NCBI GenBank assembly: GCA_001179505.1
Contig: CDMY01000526.1
Coordinates: forward strand, 1 to 57,443
Reading direction: 5' to 3'
From: Vitrella brassicaformis CCMP3155
Taxonomy: Eukaryota; Protista; Chromerida
Length of the DNA stretch: 57,443 nucleotides
The notes under the pieces are model-generated. The model searched no databases. It had not been told where the DNA came from and saw nothing but the letters and a program-made list of their open reading frames with translations. Positions 35,208 through 46,700 of this stretch are shown here, one piece after another; positions within the stretch are counted from its first letter, which is position 1; each line of letters begins with the position of its first letter. Made by a program: the position numbers and the translations under genes.

Positions 35208-38200
35208 TCAGAAATAGCAGACAGTGATCTTCACATCGGTGTCCTTGAAGATGTCTTTGATCATGCTGCTCACTGTCGGCCAATCCAGCTTATCGAGGCC
35301 GCAACCGATTTTGGGCATGCCCAACGCCCTCACCTGCACAACACTCGCAGACACCCATGGATCGACGCAACCATTTGGATCGATTTGTGTGCCTCCGCCC
35401 AGTGCATTGATCTGTCCGTCTATGCGCACATACGTTCTTGGAAACCACGTGTGCGAGCAGGTCACAGAGTGATGTCTCGAGGTCGTGGTAGGTGGGCTTC
35501 TCCCAATATTTGGCCTTACCATGCATAGTCTCTTCCCATCCATAGTGTCCTTCCTCCCTCCCTTCGTACCTTCGTGATGAGGTTATACAGGAAGGGCGGA
35601 CCTGCATTGCAATGCACGATGCACTCATTATCGTGTGTGCGCATGCCTGTCAGCCATGCCTGCCCACCGCTGTCGCCATCGTTTCTCGGAACGGCTATCG
35701 CCTTGCCCACCGACGGGTGCTGGTTCGCAACCTCACGCTGGATCGACTGTACACACAACAGCACACTTGCATGTCCATCATGTGTACTTCTGTTCAGAGG
35801 CAGACGCACCGGTTTGATCTTGGCGAAGTGCTGACAGATGCCCTTTGAGAAATTGTCGTTGACAGCGACGCAGTGAACTGACAGATATGATACCACAAAA
35901 TGCAGACCCACGTTCCGATGCGTGTGGACACTTTCGTTTCGTCTCACCGAGGGAATAGGTCTTGTCCAGAAGCTTGAACATGTCACCCTTTCTCTCCTCA
36001 TAGGAAAAGGCGGGCCCAGATGGCGAGGGCGTGCCCATGGGCTGCACCATGGTGCAGAGGTCGGTACGTTTTCTTTTGTGTGGGTGCATCGGTGTCCCTT
36101 ACCCGAGGTGCATCGATGCTGCCCTGTTTCTTCTGCTTGACCTTGGGCTCATCGCCGCTACCCTGACCACACCCATCCATGTATGTCCCCGCAGGTGGCT
36201 GTGTGTGCATTCCCACCTTGTTGGCCTGTTGGTCGACCTTCCATCGCCTCTTGCGCTGGCTCCCAGCCCCACCATCGCCTCCTGTGTCCTCGTCGTTGCC
36301 ACCTGTGTTGTGGATACATGTCACGGACGTACATGTGCCAGAGGGGAGTGTCCGCGTCGCATGCGTACCTCCGCCCCCCTCGCCACCCTGCCCGTCGGTC
36401 ATTTCGACGTCGTCATCCGCAGCACTTGCAGCGGAGACGTCGCCCTTCACGCACACAGTGATGCGCAGAGACAGGGATCCGAGAACTGCACAGAGAAGAG
36501 GGTTTGTGATGCCCACGAACAGCTTTCGACAGGTGAATGAATGCGTAGGTGTACCTTCTCGTATCATCTGTTTGACTTTCGGCCACTCTAGCTTGTCGAG
36601 TCCGCAGCCAATCAGCGGGAGACCTGCACAGCACAAAGACCCGCAGCCAGCTAGCCATGCATCACGTCCACGCCCCGCCCGCCACACATCCTTACCTAGT
36701 TTCTTGGTGTCATGCTGTATGAGGAGTCGCTTCAGGCTGACGAGTGAGTCCTTCAGTGTGTCGTACCTGACACATGTGTCCCGCTTTGCCATGTGCGCAG
36801 CTATACATGCAAGGCCCTCTTCTCTCTCCTGTCCTACGTCGGTTTTCCATGGTATTTCTCCTTGGTCACGAGATAATAGAGGAAGCGACCTGCATTGCAT
36901 TGCGTCCACCCAATACGTCCATCGGGTACAGGTGTGGATGCCCATGCGTTACCTTGATGGTGCAGCACAGCCACATCCCCCACACCCACGTCCTGACTCT
37001 TGAGCTCTTCCACACCCTGACCAAAAGGAGAGAGAAGCCAAGAACGTTGAAATGGGGTGGGTCCTCCTGGTGCATCGCTTACCCCGAACCGCTCTTTGAA
37101 CGTCTTGGCGATACCCTTCCCCATCTGCAGATCACGACTGACGCAATGGCCTGCCCGAAACCAATCCAAAGCCACGCAAGTAGGGCTGTCCGGCTATCCT
37201 TGATTCGTGTTGTTGTACCCAGTGCATATGTGGAATCCAGCTTGAAGAGGTCCCTTTGCACCTCCTCCAACACGAAGTCGTGGCCCGTGCCAGTCGCTGC
37301 ACACACAGAGTATATGCACACCCATTGCTCAATACCGAGCCCACGCGCAGGAATATCTGCGTGTACTCACCAGCAGCCGACTTGCCTTGAGGGCGGTAGG
37401 AAGGCGGAGAGGGAGCCTGCAACCATCCGCCAAAAAAGGGAGGAACTTTGTCCTTTGTTGGTGTCCATACATACCTTCTTGTCGTCCTTGCTGCTCTCGC
37501 CGTTTTCCTTCTGCTCACTCTGCCCAGCTGCTTTGTCTTCGCTAGCCTGCGTGCACGCACACATACTTACACTCCAGCAGACCAGACACAAGGGAGCCAG
37601 CGCATGAAACCTGTCGGTTCGTTGGCATCCCTGCTGCTGCTGCTGCGGCTTGCCCTTCCCCTGCACCGTCCCTGAGGGCGCTGCGGACCTCCATGAGCAG
37701 CACACCCAGCCTTGAGAAACGACGCATCAAAGCATACAGGTGAGTAGAAGCACCGGCAATCCTTCGATCTCTCGTCCTGGCTCACTTGTTCTCCCCTTGT
37801 CCGTTGCACACGCCCCAAAACCTGCAGATATGTGGCACCACGAAGCGATCCACCTTCTTACTTGGCACACACTCTCCTACGGCATGATGTCCGTATTGCG
37901 CTCTTACTTGTCATTCCACGTGTTGCCCTCCTCAAGATGACGGTCTCCAGTGGCCACCAGTCTGTCCGTCAGCTCCTTGTCAGATGTGAACTTGGCCATC
38001 AGAAGTTGTTTCATGATGTCGACGCGGGCCCTGAGTTTTGAGTACAACGAAAGCCACACCATCACCATCCCACATGGCCTGCTCATATGCAAATGTCAAC
38101 ATCGTGTTGGCTAGCTGGGCGTACGTTCCCCAGTCAGGTCTGAGCTGGACTTTCCTGGATAGAACGCATCCATACAAAGGAAGGGTGCATGGTCTTGGTC

Positions 38201-38704
38201 GTCACCCGTCATGACGTCGATTGCGTACTTGCCGGCGCGCTTCGCTTCTCTTGGTTCTTTGATGGACGCGATGTGTTCCCGGTCCTGCAGCCACAGGTCG
38301 AACGATGAGTGATCGCAGACAATGGGGGGACACGCAGGGTGTCCTGAATTACCTTACCCCCTCGTCCATGCTCTTGGCCGCCTGAAACGCACTGAGAGCC
38401 AACATCCGTATGAGCATCGGCCACGCATGGTGAGATCTCCGTATCTTACTGCTCTACGGATGGGTAGGTACGTTCTTCGAAGGTGACGGAACCTGCGAGA
38501 GGCAAGAGGAGAGGTCAGAGAATATCCCATCCATCCATTGGCTCCCCCACGTCACTTACATGGGTAGAAGTTCGATAGGTAGTCATGCAGACCTGCGTGC
38601 GGAAACACCGATAGAATCGCCTACTATAGATGCAAATGCCATCCTGTCGTCTGACCTTTGAAGCGTTTGATAGGTCCCGTTTCATCGCTCTCTTCTGTCG
38701 ACAT
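35208..38704 (-). CDS. NADAR (YbiA-family) + two tandem TARG1/DarG-type (Macro_Poa1p-like) macrodomains; predicted ADP-ribose hydrolase fusion, about 24 exons
   Basis: NADAR (about 37668-38704): MSTEESDETGPIKRFKG|LHDYLSNFYP|CSVTFEERTYPSVEH|AFQAAK...EPREAKRAGK|KVQLRPDWGT|ARVDIMKQLLMAKF...RLVATGDRHLEEGNTWNDK|FWGVCNGQGENK|LGVLLMEVRSAL. Macro 1 (about 36443-37283): RDLF...HCVSRDLQMGKGIAKTFKERFG...YYLVTKEKYHGKPTYDTL...LPLIGCGLDKLEW. Macro 2 (35208 to about 36008): KGDMF...HCVAVNDNFSKGIC...YNLITK|AKYWEKPTY...MPKIGCGLDKLDWPTVSSMIKDIF...ITVCYF*. The splice joins I checked within the domains are phase-consistent. Confidence 0.88.
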
Positions 38705-38890
38705 TGCGGACGGTGCGATGGCTTCTGACGCTTCTTGTGTTTGTCGAGACTCTCTGTGTGTGTGTCGCACAGATTCTTTCGGCCGTTGCCTTCGTGTTGG
38801 ACTCGTAGATCAGGTGTTTGGTCGCGCACGGATTGTTTTTAGGACATCTGCTCTAGCACTGCGCATTGACGGATTCCATTGCGAAGAAAG

Positions 38891-39677
38891 ATGGCATCAG
38901 GCACTCTCTCAGCTCCTGCCCCTCCCTTCGTGATGGGCGTTCCGTCTGCCGCGTGCAGTCGTGCGGATGAGGTCGGCACTGGCACCACCATCCTTGCAGT
39001 GAGCTACAAGGGCGGCGTTGTCCTGGCAGCGGACACGCGCACGTCGGCTGGAGCGTATGTGGTCAACCGAGCGTCCAGGAAGATATCCAAGGTAGGCAGA
39101 GGAATCAGACAGAATGCCGAGGAGCTTGGCAGAACGGCATCATATGTTTCGGTGGTTTTGTGTGTGGTTGCGTCTCGTCTTCCCTCAGGTGCACGACAAG
39201 ATCTACGTCTGTCGTTCGGGCAGTGCGGCCGACACGCAGGCCCTGACGCAGTTCGTCAAGTACTACCTGAACATCCACTCACTGGAGCTGGGCGAGCTGC
39301 CGAGTGTCAACACGGCGGCCACCCTGTTCCAGTCATTCCACTACGACTACAAGGACATGCTCATGTCGGGCCTCATCGTGGCGGGGTGGGACGGCAAGCG
39401 TGGCGGCCAGATATACTCGCTGCCCATCGGCGGGAGCAAGATCAAGGTCAACGTGACGGCTGGCGGGAGCGGGTCCGTGTACATCTCGGGCCTCATCGAC
39501 GCCCTCTACAAGGAGGACATGACCAAGGAGGAGGCCCAGCAGCTGGCCCTCAAGCTCCTCAGCCACGCCATGGCCAGGGACGCCAGCTCGGGCGGCATGG
39601 TGCGCATGACCACCATATCCGAAGACGGCGTCGAGGAGACCACGTTCGAGGGCGACAAGCTCCCGACACCAGCGTGA
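38891..39677 (+). CDS. PSMB6: 20S proteasome subunit beta-1 (beta type-6), 2 exons (38891-39091, 39189-39677)
   Basis: A propeptide followed by G|TTILAVSYKGGVVLAADTRTSAGAYVVNRASRKISK|VHDKIYVCRSGSAADTQ...GGSGSVYI...AMARDASSGG. The catalytic Thr1 and conserved Lys are present, and codon usage is strongly GC3-biased. Confidence 0.97.
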
Positions 39678-40129
39678 TCATGATCTTCACTTTTTGTCAA
39701 TTCGCCTGTGTTTTGAAGAAGCATTGGATGTGTGGGCGAAAGCTTCAGACAGAGAGAACACTCCCAGCCCCGTGTAGCACTATAGAAGACATATATGCTC
39801 AAAGACGGTGAAGTCTCGAGAAACTACTTGTATCTTGGCTCGCCCCTGTACTTGATCGCATGACGTGACATGACGTGCACTCCTCCCCTCTTAAACGTCA
39901 GGCGCCAGCCTTATAGACTGGGGCTCGTTCTTGTACACGAGAGAAGGGGAGACCTTTGCAAAGTGGAACGTTCCACGGCTCCACGCACCAACACATTGTA
40001 TTTGTCCACGGAGCACATGATAAACAAGACACGAAAAAGAAACACACACAACACTGGTGCGTCCGCCAACTCCAACACTCAACTCACTCATCTACGTCTA
40101 GCAGTCAGCCACGGGTGCACGTCGCTGCC

Positions 40130-42094
40130 TCATGCATCCAGCTCGATGAGGACGGTCTTCTTGGAGAAGACTTTAATGGCGCCCTCGATATCAGTCAGCT
40201 GCTGCTCGAGGGAAGCCTTTCGGAGAAACAGACACCAGAAATAAACAACACACATCCATGAGCTGAGTCGGCGCGGCGGATGCTGTCAGTGCACCTGGTA
40301 TCGTTTCTGCCTCTCCGTAACGATGCGAAGGGGCAGCTTGCTGTACGCCGCCTGCAGTGCATGTGTGTAAACAAGGAAAGGATCCATCCGCTCAAGTTGT
40401 GCATACCTCCAGCTGCATCTTCTTCTCCGTCAGCACGCGCAGGGTGTCGGACCTGGCACGCAGGAAGGACCGACAGTGCCATTCAATCGGAACAGTGCAT
40501 GGAGCAGCGGACCTTTCCTCATCGGGCATCATGCGGTAGCCGTGGGGGATGGCCGCGGCCTCCTTGGCAGCCACCTCAGCAGCGGCGGCGGCAGCACGCT
40601 CACTCTTGAAACGCTGAGAACCACCGACAACTGAGCACTTCCACGCTACCTTGTGCATGTATTCACGACCTGTATGTATTTGGGCACCTCCCCGTAGGAA
40701 TCGTTCAACGATTTGGCGTGCGACACCGCAGAGCACTCGCTACGACCACACGCAATATCAACCTGACCACACGAACCACGGCACCGACGACAGACAGACA
40801 GACAGACAGATTACCACAAGCCATTGATGACTGACTCTTATCTGTCTGTCTGTCTCGTGTTGCCCATCCATGTTTACCTCGCCCGGCCCCCCCTCCCCCT
40901 TCCCGTCCACGTGTGCCTCCTTGATGACCCTCAGTGCGTTCTCCAGCACGTAATCACGGGCAGCCTGCAGTGCCCCGCCGACCGTCCAGCCACAAGTACC
41001 ATGCTCCCTAGGCATCAACAATCGATCCATCCCTTGTACGCACCTCGTGTTTAGGAGGCGGGAGGGCGTCAGAGGCCAGGGGCACCTGAGAGGAGAGATA
41101 CCAGCAGACATGCCTGTATATGTGTGTGTCGCATAGATGCGGCCTCCTCCGAAGCTTGCCTTGGGTCGTGCATGGCTGAAGTCGACCACACGCGACGTGG
41201 ACGACGCAGTGTCCGGGCGGGAAGCAGCACGCGCAACGCCAGAAGCCTCAGCGGCAACCTCTGCACAGGACATTACATCCACACGTATGGCAGAGTCCCC
41301 ACGAACATTGTTTGTTGGGAGCATCAATCATTAATCAATCAGTCAATCACCCTGGATGCCCTCCCCCTTCTGCCCCTCCTCCCCCTCGACAGCAACTGCA
41401 TGCATGCATGCAGACAGACAGACAGACCACATGAGATGCCGTCCATGCATCGTGAATCCATGCGTCGACTCTGTCTGCAGAGTGTATGTGCGTATCGGTG
41501 TACCAGTGGTGTTGGTCTGGCTCATGCACGTCCTGCCAGTGCGGGCCTTCAGGTACTCATGAGAAGGACCGCCAGGCTACAAAGGAAACAGAGAGAGATA
41601 CGTCCGCAGTGAAAAGAGGGCGGTCCTTCCCCCCCGTACCGATTCAGTACCTTGGTGGCGAATACGATAGCCTTCGTATTTTTGAATCGACTCATCTTCC
41701 AGGGCTCAGGCTGGGGAGCCAACGCGCTCAGCTTCGCAGCCTTCACCTGGTCGATGACCAGATGACCACAATGTTCATCCACAGACAAACAGAAGCGTCG
41801 TCATATGCCAGAATGTTATTTTGTCATGACGACCTTAGCTTCCGTCTGGCGCATTTGCTTGACATTGATGATCTGGTGGTCCTTTGGCGTGAGCCCCTTC
41901 TTGAGCAGCAGACCTGCAGGCCAGGCAACGCATGTCAATGATGTCATGCATCGGTGCATGCAATGCACGCCGGTGTGTGCACGTCCTTTATGGTATGTGA
42001 AGTCACCTCGCGTGCCATCGACTGGCCTCAGGAGGGAGTCAACAGCGCGTCCCGTCCGCTGCCTGTGGGCGATGGCGGAAGCTATGCCATCCAT
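40130..42094 (-). CDS. ENKD1: Enkurin-domain-containing protein (ENKD1-like), multi-exon
   Basis: N-terminal KDHQIINVKQMRQTE and PEPWKMSRFKN motifs. The C-terminal enkurin domain reads IPHGYRMMPDEER...LTEKKMQLE...ASLEQQLTDIEGAIKVFSKKTVLIELDA*. Confidence 0.75.
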
Positions 42095-42456
42095 TTCATC
42101 ACGTCACGGGTCAAAGAGCCCGCGCCATCACACGGTTAAGGACAGATGAAAAATTCCCGCCTGAGTTTCGCCCCCTTTGATTAAGGGTTTGACGGCACCT
42201 CAGGCTGTCCTAAGCCAGCCAGCAGGAGGGAGAAGCATGGGGGACCCTCCTGATCTAGAGTCTGTATGGATTAAAGACACAGGCACTCGCAGAAACACAT
42301 GCGCACCATACGAACCCTTCTGAGCGATGATGTTATGGTTGTTGTTGCTCATCGTTCCGTCTGTGTGTCACGGCGAACAACGTGAGTGCAGTCTGATGGT
42401 TCACAGTCACACCGTTTCCCTCGGTTGACAATCTGCCTGCTTGTGCGTCCTTGCAG

Positions 42457-43408
42457 ATCATCAAGATCTCTCAGTTTTTGTACCTCCGCACCCGGTGGTC
42501 CACAAGAGCACCTCAGGTACGTACGGCTGTGGCAAGTCAGAGCTGCAGCCATCAGTCGAAGACGGGATCTGCAGACAGACTTCACACAGCGACACCATGC
42601 ACGAGCACCAGACGGCTGACAAATAACGTGCATTGTATGCGTGTGCGTCAAAGGTCCGCGACTGCGAGGTGTATCGACGTTCAAGCCGGCCGATGCGCTT
42701 ATGCCATATGCCACAGGTACCTAAGATAGATGGTATGTTTGACGCACTGCGCGCGCGAACGCTTCGTTTTGTCCCCTCTAGTATCACCGATTGTGCATCG
42801 GCACAAGGTATGTGATCCACGAAGCCACTTCCACGCGTGCATACTCTACGCGTGCCCGTGTACGTTTCAGGCGTCACCGTCTGCGTCGCTGGTGCCTCTC
42901 TTCTCAGAAGCGGAGGGCAAACCACAGGTATGTGCCTGACGTGGATGCCAACTCGCACCCCCAAATGCCCATGAAAGCACCTCTGGCTGTGATGTGTGTC
43001 TGTCGACCCATCTGTCCGCCAGGAGGGAAGCCCTCCCCCCGACGACAACACCACTCCTGCTCCTGCTGCAGGGAAGAAGCCTGATGTTGGTGAGGAGGGG
43101 GGAGGGATGGCAGGGCTCGCTCTCTGCATAATGTGTTCGGCCTGATTGGCTGTGTCGGTCGTCCTGTTTGCTCGCTACGTGCAGCTTCGGCCGATGTGGA
43201 CGCCTTATTCGCCCGTTTCGAGGAGTACATGAACAGGAAGATCGAGGAGGTGATCGAGAAGGAGCGGCAGGAGCTCGAGCAGGAGCTGGACAGCTTCAAG
43301 CAGCAGCAAAAGGAGGAGTGGTGGGAGTTGAAGGAGATGCTCGACGATAGTTTCACCTTTTCCATCGAAAACATCAAACGGAGGAGTGCAAGCCGGCCCT
43401 TTAAATAA
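42457..43408 (+). CDS. Hypothetical coiled-coil protein (start not located)
   Basis: Plus-strand exons with GT-AG ends. The last reads ASADVDALFARFEEYMNRKIEEVIEKERQELEQELDSFKQQQKEEWWELKEML...FK*, with GC3-rich codons. Confidence 0.45.
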
Positions 43409-43727
43409 GGTCCGAATTCTCAGAAGAGAGCTACAGTTTGTTTGATGCAGTGTGTATGCCTTTCTTTTCCTGCTTGATCAGGTCCCGATCCTGGCGGTCG
43501 GGCCGGTTTTTGTGTGCAACCCTGACATGTTTTTCAAGTTCTGGGACGTTGATGTGGGTGCTTTGCGTTCTGACACAGACCAGGAATACAATCACTTTTC
43601 CAGTTCCGAGTGGGACTGCGCTCTCGACGAGCTCGACAAGCTTTTTAACCAGGGTTTCTATCTGGGTAGAACAGACAAGCACCGAGACGACACCGGCCAT
43701 CCACCCCACACCCACCCACCCCACCCA

Positions 43728-46700
43728 CGACCAGCCAAGCGGCTAGTGGAGCTTGGGGAATTCACACGAGCGGCCAAGAAGCTGGACTTCACCCCACTCG
43801 CCCCAGCCACGGAGGAGACATACGCCAAGCTGCAAGCCCTCCACCCCTCACGCAACACGCCCGTCACCAAGCCGGCCGTCAACGTGGAGCCCGAGGCACT
43901 CGACGTCCCACCCAAGATGCTCGCGAAGGCACTCCGCTCCGCAGCAAAAGGCGCAGCACCAGGGCCGTCCGGCTGGCGCTTCGAGCATCTGTTGGGCTAC
44001 CTCAACTTGTCGAAGCAAGGGCTCTGGCAGGGAGAGGAGCGCATCCCCTTCCCCAAGATCATCAGACGGCTGCTGAGTGCGAAGCTCTCACAGCTTGTCA
44101 CCAAGCTGCTCGGCACCGCAAACCTGATGGCGCTGACGAAGGGGCCCGGCAAGGTGCGGCCGGTGGCGGTGGGGGACGCAGTGCGGCGATGGGTGACGAG
44201 AGCAGTGTGCATGCAGCACAAAAACAAGATGGCCGCCTACTTCGCCCCTCTCCAGTGCGCAGTCGGCACCCCAGCAGGCAACGAGAAGCTCTTCAAGGCC
44301 GCCGAGACCTTCATCCAGAGCCGGAGGGAGGGCGAGAAGCGACTGCTCACGACGCTGGATTGCACGAACGCCTTCAACGAGGTGGACCGTCAGGCGATCG
44401 TCAACGAGCTCGCCAGCCAGTTCCCTGAGCTCTTTCACTTTCTCTGGCAGTTCTATGGAGAGCCGGCGAAGCTGTGGTATCGACTCGCAGACGGCAGAGT
44501 GAGGACCATCCTGAGCCAGCAAGGCACTCAGCAAGGAGAGCCGGCCGGCCCCTTCCTCTTCTGTCTGGCCCTCCAGCCAGTACTCAAGGCCATCCAAGCC
44601 AGCTTTCCACGCGCCCTCATACAAGCCTTCATGAACGACATCACACCGGGGGCCGACAAGAGTAAGGCAGACGGGGTGGTGGACAAGGCAGAGGAAGAGC
44701 TGCAGACTATCAGCCTCAAGCTGGCCAGGAAGAAGAGCAAGGCGTACGGCCCCCACTGGACGGACAGAGAGCCACCACCGGACGACCTGCTGCCTGGCTT
44801 TGAGAGGGAGGGGCTCTCCAGTGAGGGCATTGACATCCTGGGCGGGGCAATATGGACGGACAGCTACGTCGCTAACAAGCTGCAGAGCGTCCTCGACTCC
44901 CACCGCCCCCTCATCGAACGACTCAAGGCGTTCGCAAACGAGCACCGGCAGGACTCATCGCTCCTCTTCCGCTCTTGCGCAGTCGCACGGCTGTATTACT
45001 GGCTTCGTCTCCTTCCCCAGCGCCCTTCAACCACCGAGGTCACGGCGCTGCTGAGGGATGAGGAGGTCATGAATGCAGCCATCGCCATCCACGGGCTGGG
45101 AGAGGAGGACACCACCGAGCCGCAGCGACGACAGATGGCCCTACCAGTGAGAGAGGGGGAAATGGGCATTACGGCGGCGAGCGCCATCCTGCCGGCGGCA
45201 TATCTCGGCTGCACCGCTGTGACGCTGCTATACGTGTGGAGACACTACCAGCTGGCGCCATGGATGCCACAGGGGGAGGGAGGGGGGGAGGGAGGGGAGG
45301 ACGGAGCGGCAGCACTACTGCAGCTGCCATGGCTACGGGCAGCGGAGTCGGCAAGAGAGAAGCTACTAGAGAAGCTGCCGGAGACGGAGGTGCTCACACT
45401 GGCCAAGCTGCTTGAGGGACGCACAAAGCCACGGCTACAACACGACCTGACGGCCGGCTTGATGCGCATCGANNNNNNNNNNNNNNNNNNNNNNNNNNNN
45501 NNNNNNNNNNNNNNNNNNNNNNNNNNNNNNNNNNNNNNNNNNNNNNNNNNNNNNNNNNNNNNNNNNNNNNNNNNNNNNNNNNNNNNNNNNNNNNNNNNNN
45601 NNNNNNNNNNNNNNNNNNNNNNNNNNNNNNNNNNNNNNNNNNNNNNNNNNNNNNNNNNNNNNNNNNNNNNNNNNNNNNNNNNNNNNNNNNNNNNNNNNNN
45701 NNNNNNNNNNNNNNNNNNNNNNNNNNNNNNNNNNNNNNNNNNNNNNNNNNNNNNNNNNNNNNNNNNNNNNNNACTCGCAGACGGCAGAGTGAGGACCATC
45801 CTGAGCCAGCAAGGCACTCAGCAAGGAGAGCCGGCCGGCCCCTTCCTCTTCTGTCTGGCCCTCCAGCCAGTACTCAAGGCCATCCAAGCCAGCTTTCCAC
45901 GCGCCCTCATACAAGCCTTCATGAACGACATCACACCGGGGGCCGACAAGAGTAAGGCAGACGGGGTGGTGGACAAGGCAGAGGAAGAGCTGCAGACTAT
46001 CAGCCTCAAGCTGGCCAGGAAGAAGAGCAAGGCGTACGGCCCCCACTGGACGGACAGAGAGCCACCACCGGACGACCTGCTGCCTGGCTTTGAGAGGGAG
46101 GGGCTCTCGGGTGAGGGCATTGACATCCTGGGCGGGGCAACAGGGACGGACGGCTACATCGCTAACAAGCTGCAGAGCGTCCTCGACTCCTACCGCCCCC
46201 TCATCGAACGACTCAAAGCGTTCGCACACGAGCAGTGGCAGGACTCATCGCTCCTCTTCCGCTCTTGCGCAGTCCCACGCCTGTATTACTGGCCTCGTCT
46301 TCTTTCCCAGCGCCCTTCAAGCAGCGAGGTCACGGCGCTACTGAGCGATGAGGAGATCATGAATGCAGCCATCGCCATCCACGGGCTGGGAGAGGAGGAC
46401 ACCGCCGAGCCGCATCGACGACAGATGGCGCTTCCAGTGAGAGAGGGGGAATGGGCATTACGGCGACGAGCGCCATTCTGCCTGCTGCATATCTCGGCTG
46501 CACCGCTGTGACGCTACCCTACATGTGGAGACACTACCAGCTGGCGCCATGGATGCCACAGGGGGAGGGAGGGGGGGAGGGAGGGGAGGACGGAGCGGCA
46601 GCACTACTGCAGCTGCCATGGCTACGGGCAGCGGAGTCGGCAAGAGAGAAGCTACTGGAGAAGCTGCCGGAGACGGAGGTGCTCACACTGGCCAAGCTGC

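Noticed and set aside
33872-38704. A DarT-like ADP-ribosyltransferase toxin next to the NADAR-macro gene
   Set aside because: I looked for one because it would complete a toxin-antitoxin pair. The neighbours (small MGNGSS gene, proteasome beta-1) show no ART motifs that I can recognise. A genome-wide HMM search is still needed.
38879-39811. 310-aa ORF spanning the proteasome gene
   Set aside because: It is correct only through exon 1, then reads through the intron into a wrong frame. The spliced product is the real protein.
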